Shown: one piece after another, positions 57,760-64,000 of the stretch
Layout of the letters: every line of letters begins with the position of its first letter
Position numbering within the stretch: the first letter of the stretch is position 1
Assembly (NCBI GenBank): GCA_001769655.1
Contig: MEPC01000024.1
Coordinates: 77,572-141,571 of the forward strand
Direction: 5' to 3'
DNA: 64,000 nucleotides
From: Bacteroidetes bacterium RIFCSPLOWO2_12_FULL_37_12
Lineage (GTDB): Bacteria; Bacteroidota; Bacteroidia; 2-12-FULL-37-12
The notes under the pieces: model-generated
The model's input: the letters and a program-made list of their open reading frames with translations, nothing else
Told to the model about the DNA's origin: nothing
Database searches by the model: none
Made by a program: the position numbers and the translations under genes

Positions 57760-57838
57760 GTTGAAAAGGGTAAGTAAGTATTTGAAACAGTATAAAATTT
57801 ACTGAATTGATGCCGGTATTTTTAAAATTTATTATCCT

Positions 57839-58123
57839 CTAATAATAATGTCCTTTCATTGAATGCACACGAATATTTCCATTATCTAAAGGTTCATACA
57901 CTAAGCGGTCAATGGCATTAATTCTACGGGACCAGCAACCTGAAAAATCGTACTTTAAACCTTCTGGTTTTCCAATACCGGTAAACGGAGTTTCTAAAAT
58001 ATTTTCCAATAATTTACGAATACGTTTCAGCACAGCTACATTGCCAGTTTTTTTCCAGTATATAAGGTCATCTTTTGCTTTATCAGAATATATTAATCTG
58101 TTTTCATTCAGCTTTTCTTCCAT
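57839..58123 (-). CDS. yoeB: type II toxin YoeB/Txe family mRNA interferase
   Basis: Collinear with YoeB along its length: LIYSDKAKDDLIYWKKTGNVAVLKRIRKLLENILETPFTGIGKPEGLKYDFSGCWSRRINAIDRLVYEP...HY. Confidence 0.85.
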   Translation of the reverse strand: MEEKLNENRLIYSDKAKDDLIYWKKTGNVAVLKRIRKLLENILETPFTGIGKPEGLKYDFSGCWSRRINAIDRLVYEPLDNGNIRVHSMKGHYY

Positions 58124-58320
58124 ATTTCATCAAGGGGTATAGTGGAAAATTTGCCGTCTTTAAATTGTTGCTGACTTTCTTTTAATTTCTTTACAAATTC
58201 AGATTTATATGGCTTTTCCGTAGAAATCGTGAATTTAATTTTAAAAGCTTTTATTACGGCTTTTATTGCTTCTATTTGCGAAATATCGCGTGGATAGGCA
58301 GTAAAATTAAATGCTTGCAT
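58108..58320 (-). CDS. putative antitoxin partner of YoeB (not YefM/Phd-like in sequence)
   Basis: 70-aa ORF overlapping the toxin start by 16 nt. Assignment is based on operon position only. Confidence 0.5.
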   Translation of the reverse strand: MQAFNFTAYPRDISQIEAIKAVIKAFKIKFTISTEKPYKSEFVKKLKESQQQFKDGKFSTIPLDEIWKKS

Positions 58321-58448
58321 GATTTTAAAATTATAAATTTACTGGTTGAGTTCTTTGAAGTGCCCTTAAAAAAGTGATATAAAGCAACACAAATTTACAT
58401 AAATTTTTCAATTACACATGTACATTATAAAAAATCACCACCAATACC

Positions 58449-58456
58449 GTACCTTT
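58449..58456 (+). promoter_or_regulatory. -7 box TACCTTTG only 6 nt upstream of hslV ATG (short-leader or leaderless transcript)
   Basis: TAnnTTTG motif at 58449-58456. Supports the ATG at 58463 as the real start rather than the ORF-track start. Confidence 0.4.
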
Positions 58457-58462
58457 GCAACA

Positions 58463-58999
58463 ATGCAAACACATTCCACTACTGTATTAGCTGTTATGCA
58501 CAACGGCGAAACTGCCATGGGAGCCGATGGTCAGGCAACCCTTGGAAATACCATAGTAAAAAGTACGGTGAATAAACTGCGGGTTTTGCACGATGGTAAA
58601 ATACTCGCTGGGTTTGCCGGGTCCACTGCAGACGCATTTACATTAATTGAACGTTTTGAGGAAAAATTAAAAGCATATTCAGGCAACATGAAGCGTTCAG
58701 CCATTGAACTTGCAAAAGATTGGAGGATGGACCGCTATCTGCGCCGGTTAGAGGCGATGCTTATTGTGGCGGATAAGGAGGAGATTCTGACTGTTTCCGG
58801 GAACGGGGATGTGTTGGCGCCTGATAATGGGATTACTTCCATTGGTTCCGGAAGCATGTATGCATTGTCTGCGGCAACAGCGCTAAAAAAACATGCTCCA
58901 CAACTTTCGGCTGAACAAATAGTTGAGGAGTCCATGCGCATCGCGGCAGATATTTGTATTTATACAAATCATAATCTTACTGTAAAATCGTTAAAATAA
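58463..58999 (+). CDS. hslV: ATP-dependent protease subunit HslV (ClpQ)
   Basis: TTVLAV..G...[47 protein letters not shown] and [11 protein letters not shown] are near-collinear with E. coli HslV. The start MQTHS-TT leaves 4 residues before the catalytic Thr. Confidence 0.85.
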   Translation: MQTHSTTVLAVMHNGETAMGADGQATLGNTIVKSTVNKLRVLHDGKILAGFAGSTADAFTLIERFEEKLKAYSGNMKRSAIELAKDWRMDRYLRRLEAMLIVADKEEILTVSGNGDVLAPDNGITSIGSGSMYALSAATALKKHAPQLSAEQIVEESMRIAADICIYTNHNLTVKSLK

Positions 59000-59059
59000 T
59001 AATTACCACCTTTTCAATTATATCTTCGCGCTTTTAGCCAAAATATTATTTTCCATACC

Positions 59060-60154
59060 ATGCTTTCATGGAGAAACAAATTAATTTTATTCATTAATTA
59101 TTGTGTCAGTTTTTGCCTGATAGTTGGATTATCAGCGCCTTACATTCCTCCTTCTCAATTTGTTTATTTAAGCTACCTGGCTCTCGGGATTCATTTTTTT
59201 CTTTTTACTTCTATCGTGTTAATGATTTACTGGATTTTCAATTGGTTAAAAAAAGGAATATTGATAAATATCATAACCTTACTGATTTGTTTTTCTCCTT
59301 TTTCCAATACCTTTTCATTAAGAAAAAACCTTCCAAAGCATCCCCATACAGCCATCAAAGTGCTCACATATAATGTTATGAATCTTGATTTATACCGTTG
59401 GTCAAGGGGAGAGATTGTGCGTGAGAAAATAATAAAACTCATTGACAGTTTATCGGCGGATATTATTTGCCTTCAGGAATTTTATCAGGGAGAAGAATCG
59501 GCTAATGACAATATTAAAATTATTTCCTCGTCAACAGAAAATAAATTTCATTATTTTCATCCCTTTGTCAGCAGACCTAAACGAGGAGGTTTTTTCGGGA
59601 ATGTCATTTTTTCACGTTTTCCCATACTAAAAACCGGAGCAATCCCATTTCCTGGAAAAACTTCCAATGGAGGAATTTATGCCGACATTTTGTTACCGAA
59701 ACACGATACGGTGCGGGTTTATTGCTTGCATCTTGAATCGTTTCACATTCCCCAGCAGGATTTCACAAATTTAGAGCATCCTGGTAATAATGAAAAGGAA
59801 AGTGTGAAATCAGCTAAAAAAATACGCCGGAAATTATCAACTGCTTTTATAAAAAGAGAAGCACAGGCAAAGGTTGTCAAGCAATCATTAAATAAATGTC
59901 ACTATCCGGTGATTGTAGCCGGTGATTTTAATGACACTCCTTATTCTTATGCCTATCATAAAATTCGCGGAAACCTCGAAGATGCTTTCACCACTTCAGG
60001 TAAATGGTGGAGTACAACTGTCTATAAGCCCATGCCTTTATGGAGAATTGATTATCTGCTTTATTCAAAATCCATTCATGTTTTCGGATACGAAACCATT
60101 CAGAAAAAATTATCTGACCACAAGCCAGTTTTTGCGTGGTTTGAGATGCGGTAG
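59060..60154 (+). CDS. membrane-anchored endonuclease/exonuclease/phosphatase (EEP) family protein
   Basis: 2 N-terminal TM, then an EEP fold (KVLTYNVMNL, ADIICLQEF, GDFNDTPYS, SDHKPV). Confidence 0.7.
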   Translation: MLSWRNKLILFINYCVSFCLIVGLSAPYIPPSQFVYLSYLALGIHFFLFTSIVLMIYWIFNWLKKGILINIITLLICFSPFSNTFSLRKNLPKHPHTAIKVLTYNVMNLDLYRWSRGEIVREKIIKLIDSLSADIICLQEFYQGEESANDNIKIISSSTENKFHYFHPFVSRPKRGGFFGNVIFSRFPILKTGAIPFPGKTSNGGIYADILLPKHDTVRVYCLHLESFHIPQQDFTNLEHPGNNEKESVKSAKKIRRKLSTAFIKREAQAKVVKQSLNKCHYPVIVAGDFNDTPYSYAYHKIRGNLEDAFTTSGKWWSTTVYKPMPLWRIDYLLYSKSIHVFGYETIQKKLSDHKPVFAWFEMR

Positions 60155-60196
60155 AGGCTGACATTAAACTTTTACTTTTAACTTTTTACTTTTTAC

Positions 60197-60551
60197 ATAT
60201 ATATTATCACTGTTGTCCAACTAAAAAAAGCGATGAATTAGATTAGCCCTGAAAGGGCTTAACCTCATAACACAGGGCACCGCCCTGTGTAGATTAAACT
60301 CGCACTCAGACTAACCCTGAAAGGGTTACACTTCTAATCTCAAACTTAATAAAGTACTAATGATAAAAGTTACGCCCTTTCAGGGCTCAGGGAACATTAC
60401 ACAAGGCGTTGCCCTGTGTTAGTATGTTTTGCCCTTTCAGGGCTTAACGAAAGCACTCTGATTATCAGTGGGGGACTTTTGTAAAATCATTATCTATCAG
60501 AGTGAGAATAGTTGTTTTTATATGTTTAGTCGGACAATAGTGATATATTAT
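60197..60551. mobile_element. MITE-like element: about 27-bp terminal inverted repeats flanking a palindrome-dense about 300-bp core
   Basis: Left TIR atatattatcactgttgtccaactaaa (60197-60225). Right TIR tttagtcggacaatagtgatatattat (60525-60551). 24 of 27 positions are complementary. The core has 4 copies of GCCCTGAAAGGGC-type hairpins and 2 copies of ACACAGGGC(A/G)(C/T)(C/T)GCCCTGTGT. No ORF. Confidence 0.5.
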
Positions 60552-60626
60552 TAAAGAGAAAAATGATGAATGTAAAATGATAAATGTAAAAGGTAAAATT
60601 TAATCTGCAACATTCGAGAAGTTACG

Positions 60627-61922
60627 TTACAACACCCAATACCCCGCTTTGCGAAATTTTCCGGAAAAAATTCCTTTAATATCCATGACAAATCCTTTTT
60701 TCTTAAGGATAGACAGAAAGTAATTTTCGGTTAATGAACGGTATTCATTATGAGATACAGCCACAATTACGGCATCATACTTACCTGAGATACGCCGTGT
60801 TAATGAAATTCCGTATTCTTCTTTAAATTCAGATGCGTTTGCATGAGGGTCGGTGACACTAACGATTAGTTTGTAATCATTTAAGGTTTTAATGATATCA
60901 ACCACTTTGGAATTACGTATGTCTTCAACATTTTCCTTGAAGGTAGCGCCCATGACAAGCACGCGGGATTTTTTTAAGGGTTTATTGTTTTCGATTAATT
61001 TAAGCACCGTTTGTTTCGCAATATAAAATCCCATGGAATCGTTGACATATCTTCCTGCAAGAATTACTTTTGAATGATACCCAACTTCAGATGCCTTATG
61101 AGTAAGGTAATACGGGTCAACTCCAATGCAATGTCCACCCACCAGCCCTGGATAAAATTTTAAAAAATTCCATTTAGTACCTGCGGCTTGCAGGACATCG
61201 TTGGTATTAATATTCAGCCGCTTAAAAATAAGCGAGAGTTCATTCATAAGAGCAATGTTAAGGTCACGCTGAGTATTTTCAATTACTTTTGCGGCTTCGG
61301 CAACTTTTATGGAAGGCGCTCTATGAACTCCAGCTGTTACAATTAGTTCATAAACGGATGCCACTTCATTTAGTGTAGTAGCGTTATTCGCCGAAACTAT
61401 TTTAATAACTCGTGAAAGTGTATGCTCTTTATCACCTGGGTTAATTCTTTCTGGAGAATATCCCACCTTGAAATCTTTTGTAAATTTTAATCCGGATTCC
61501 CTTTCAAGAACAGGAATACATTCTTCTTCCGTACAACCCGGATAGACCGTTGATTCATAAACTACTATGTCTCCCTTTTTAAGATTTTTTCCTACTATTT
61601 CAGAAGCGCCTTTCAATGCCCTCAAATCAGGATAATTGTGTTCATCAACAGGGGTGGGGACGGCAATAATAAAAAAAGATGCTTTTTTTAAAACGAAAGG
61701 GTCAGAAGAAAAATAAATATCACAATCCTCAAATTCTTTTTTATCAAGTTCTCCACTCGGGTCAACACTTTTCTGTAAATGTTTTATGCGTTTTTCATTT
61801 ATATCGAAACCTATTACCTTGATTTTTTTTGCAAAGGCAAGCGCAACAGGTAATCCTACATAGCCCAATCCGATTACGGCAAGGGAAGTGTTTTTTGAGA
61901 GTAATTGCTGGTATGTGGACAT
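60627..61922 (-). CDS. nucleotide-sugar (UDP-glucose/UDP-N-acetyl-hexosamine) dehydrogenase
   Basis: Rossmann N-terminus LAVIGLGYVGLPVALAFA and catalytic Cys region GGHCIGVDPYYL. Start taken at MSTYQQ because the longer ORF would overlap the flippase gene. Confidence 0.85.
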   Translation of the reverse strand: MSTYQQLLSKNTSLAVIGLGYVGLPVALAFAKKIKVIGFDINEKRIKHLQKSVDPSGELDKKEFEDCDIYFSSDPFVLKKASFFIIAVPTPVDEHNYPDLRALKGASEIVGKNLKKGDIVVYESTVYPGCTEEECIPVLERESGLKFTKDFKVGYSPERINPGDKEHTLSRVIKIVSANNATTLNEVASVYELIVTAGVHRAPSIKVAEAAKVIENTQRDLNIALMNELSLIFKRLNINTNDVLQAAGTKWNFLKFYPGLVGGHCIGVDPYYLTHKASEVGYHSKVILAGRYVNDSMGFYIAKQTVLKLIENNKPLKKSRVLVMGATFKENVEDIRNSKVVDIIKTLNDYKLIVSVTDPHANASEFKEEYGISLTRRISGKYDAVIVAVSHNEYRSLTENYFLSILKKKGFVMDIKGIFSGKFRKAGYWVL

Positions 61923-61956
61923 ATTTTGAAAAGGGACTCCAAATATATAAAATTTT

Positions 61957-63276
61957 TCAACTATTACCAGAACCAAGGAAGATATAATATCCGAATTTTT
62001 TACGCACAACCCATGTAGAAAGAACATTGGCGACTATTACACTAATCATGGTAGAGACGGCAGAGCCATTTATTCCATAATGTGGTACCAATAAAAAACT
62101 CAACACTATATTCAACAAAGCAGATACGATGTGAATATTTCTTACCGCATTATGATGGGATGTCATCATCAGAAGATTACCTACAGAGCCGGAATAAGCA
62201 TTGATGAATTGCCCGGTAGCTACGCAAACAAGTGGAAAATAAGCAGGAACAAATTCTTCGCCGAATAAAGATAATACATTTTTACCCCAACTAAGAATAA
62301 TGATATAAACAGGAAGTGAAATCCAAGCGGTGAAACGGGCTGTTTTTTGAACGGTTGTCCTAAGTTCTTCCATCTTTCCTGCATGATATAATTCAGAAAA
62401 AACAGGCGCGGCGATGGTATTCATTGCCGCCAACATAAAACTGGTATATCCTGCCACACGAAAAGAAATATTAAACAATCCCACCTCCTTTTCATTTCTA
62501 AAAAAACCAAGTATCAGCGAGTCCGAATACAGTAGGATGATTTGAGCAAGCGCAATAATATAAAAAGGAAGAGCATTCTTAAAGAGCAATAAGGAACTCT
62601 GATGGAAAATTTTTTCATTGGAGTTGGATTTTTCAAAAAACTTTTTGAGGAAAAACAAGCCCGCAATTCCTGAAATAAACAATGCGATGATATAACTGTA
62701 TAAAGGATTATTTTTTTCAAAAAACCAATAGGTCAGAATTGCCAATGATATCCATTGAATAGAAACAGGCAATATATTTTCCAATAGTGATGATTGATTT
62801 ATTTTTTTAAGTCCTCGCAGGGAATCCTTAAAATAATCAGTGCACGCAGAAATTAAAATCAGTATGGCGGCTAACCGGATAAATCCTAAACGCGAAATGT
62901 CCCCTTTAAAGAACGTATTATTAATTATATCGGATGTAAAAAAAATTAAAATTCCAAGCGCTAAACCTACCCATAAAATAATAAGAAAGCACTTTCTGAA
63001 AATAGTGGCGGCAGAAGCAAAAGAATAGTTAGTCAGATGTTCCGGTATCCATTTGACTAATGAAATATTAAATCCACATTTAACTAGTAAAGCTCCGACT
63101 TCTACTAACGCTATTAATAAAACAAGGGAACCAATACCCCCAGCTCCATAGTACTGCGCCATATAAATATTCAAGCCAAAAGCCATCAATACTCCTATAA
63201 TCCGGATACCAAGATTAGAAAAGGCATTTTTAAGAATCAGTCGGAAAAAAGATACCGGCTCTGCAAACTCATTCAT
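61957..63276 (-). CDS. polysaccharide biosynthesis / oligosaccharide flippase (Wzx, MOP superfamily)
   Basis: 12-TM protein with a Wzx-like N-terminus (NAFSNLGIRIIGVLMAFGLNIYMAQYYGAGGIG). Confidence 0.7.
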   Translation of the reverse strand: MNEFAEPVSFFRLILKNAFSNLGIRIIGVLMAFGLNIYMAQYYGAGGIGSLVLLIALVEVGALLVKCGFNISLVKWIPEHLTNYSFASAATIFRKCFLIILWVGLALGILIFFTSDIINNTFFKGDISRLGFIRLAAILILISACTDYFKDSLRGLKKINQSSLLENILPVSIQWISLAILTYWFFEKNNPLYSYIIALFISGIAGLFFLKKFFEKSNSNEKIFHQSSLLLFKNALPFYIIALAQIILLYSDSLILGFFRNEKEVGLFNISFRVAGYTSFMLAAMNTIAAPVFSELYHAGKMEELRTTVQKTARFTAWISLPVYIIILSWGKNVLSLFGEEFVPAYFPLVCVATGQFINAYSGSVGNLLMMTSHHNAVRNIHIVSALLNIVLSFLLVPHYGINGSAVSTMISVIVANVLSTWVVRKKFGYYIFLGSGNS

Positions 63277-63339
63277 TATTTAACCATTTAACGTAGTAAC
63301 AAAGTATTCATATGCTGAATCCATTTGGAGTAGGAAACA

Positions 63340-63419
63340 GGTATAAAGGTATAGGGGGTATAAGGTATAGAGGTATAGAGGTTTAGCCCCTATACCATAT
63401 ACCTTTATACCCTATACCC
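63340..63419. repeat. inverted GGTATAGG / CCTATACC array pair (hairpin-forming)
   Basis: ggtataaaggtatagggggtataaggtatagaggtatagagg ... cccctataccatatacctttataccctataccc. Confidence 0.8.
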
Positions 63420-64000
63420 ATTTTCCTTAATGCCTAACTGCTTTTCATAACTTAATTTAAAGCCGGCAATTCCTCCCAGGTTTCTTTTAAAATGGATTAA
63501 ACCGTAATTAGGAACTCCTTTTTCGGTAGCAATTCCAAGATCCATTATCTCATACTTATTTTCCCGGCAAAAATTATAAATGCCTTCCATTAAAAGAACC
63601 ATGGGACTGAACGAAGAAAACTGAACTTCATATCCTAAATAAAATATATAAAAAATGGATGCGTTTATTCTTACACCAACGGATGCGCTGAGTAGTTTGT
63701 TTTCGTTGTTGAAAACGCCAAATAAAAAATAATTTTCCGGAAACTGTTTAAAAGAATCGGAGAGTTTGAAAAATGACATACTTAACTCATCCTTATGTTT
63801 CCTGACTGATACTGAAAGAAAATTATAAACTTCTTCTAGGTACTTTACAGGGTCTAAGACATCAAAATAAAATTTATTTTTTTTACATTTATTTAATATC
63901 CATTTCTCTGAAGAATCAATTTTATCAATGAAGGGTTTTTCGTTGATTTCCAGATGAAAATTCAAATCGGTGGTTTTAACAGTAAATCCGGATTGTAAAA
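63405..64000 (-). CDS. FemAB-like / GNAT-fold acyltransferase (5' end beyond window)
   Basis: The frame stays open past 64000. Weak resemblance to the Acetyltransf_6 / FemAB family. TTG is used as start by the ORF track. Confidence 0.35.
   Translation of the reverse strand, partial: LQSGFTVKTTDLNFHLEINEKPFIDKIDSSEKWILNKCKKNKFYFDVLDPVKYLEEVYNFLSVSVRKHKDELSMSFFKLSDSFKQFPENYFLFGVFNNENKLLSASVGVRINASIFYIFYLGYEVQFSSFSPMVLLMEGIYNFCRENKYEIMDLGIATEKGVPNYGLIHFKRNLGGIAGFKLSYEKQLGIKENGYRV

Noticed and set aside
42937-58380. Recurring short motif AAAAGTGATATAAA (42937, 43055, 58366)
   Set aside because: Too short and AT-rich to separate from chance in a low-GC genome. No consistent spacing to start codons.

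Overview
Low-GC Bacteroidetes-type chromosomal window. T9SS C-terminal sorting domains, TAnnTTTG -7 promoter boxes, a LysM/RlpA-like gene pair and a flavobacterial-style alternative complex III (ACIII) operon support this. Housekeeping genes: NfeD protease, rfbC, gamma-carbonic anhydrase, comEC, mtgA, bacilliredoxin, DUF885 peptidase, LD-carboxypeptidase, Fe/Mn SOD, tRNA-Glu(UUC), pepT, MoaC-MogA fusion, tandem-USP, CPA antiporter, hslV, UDP-sugar dehydrogenase, Wzx flippase. The most coherent system is a complete actABCDEF ACIII operon (45.9-54.6 kb). It is preceded by a mono-heme cytochrome c and by an unusual tightly packed trio: a CxxCH protein carrying a T9SS sorting domain, a PSCyt1-like CxxCH lipoprotein and a beta-barrel OMP. 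This trio is a candidate cell-surface heme/electron-transfer module. Two very large T9SS substrates (about 19 PKD repeats with type-B CTD; 1059 aa with type-A CTD) flank a PD-(D/E)xK-like protein whose N-terminus is built from six perfect 36-bp tandem repeats. An accessory patch at 38-43 kb holds a roughly 260-bp highly structured element present twice, each copy ending in the same intrinsic terminator, which recurs a third time at 41.25 kb. The same patch holds a DUF4258/YgiT-zinc-ribbon TA-like pair and lipoproteins. A YoeB toxin pair, an orphan hslV and a roughly 355-bp TIR-bounded, palindrome-dense MITE-like element lie at 57.8-60.6 kb. The window is peppered with GGTATAGG-type octamer arrays at nine or more intergenic sites, often as inverted hairpin-forming pairs. 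A 24-28 bp perfect palindrome is duplicated exactly at two gene ends, and CCCTCTCC/GGAGAGGG hairpins flank sod. No CRISPR array or rRNA was seen. The ORF track uses TTG/GTG as M, so several N-termini are probably over-extended.
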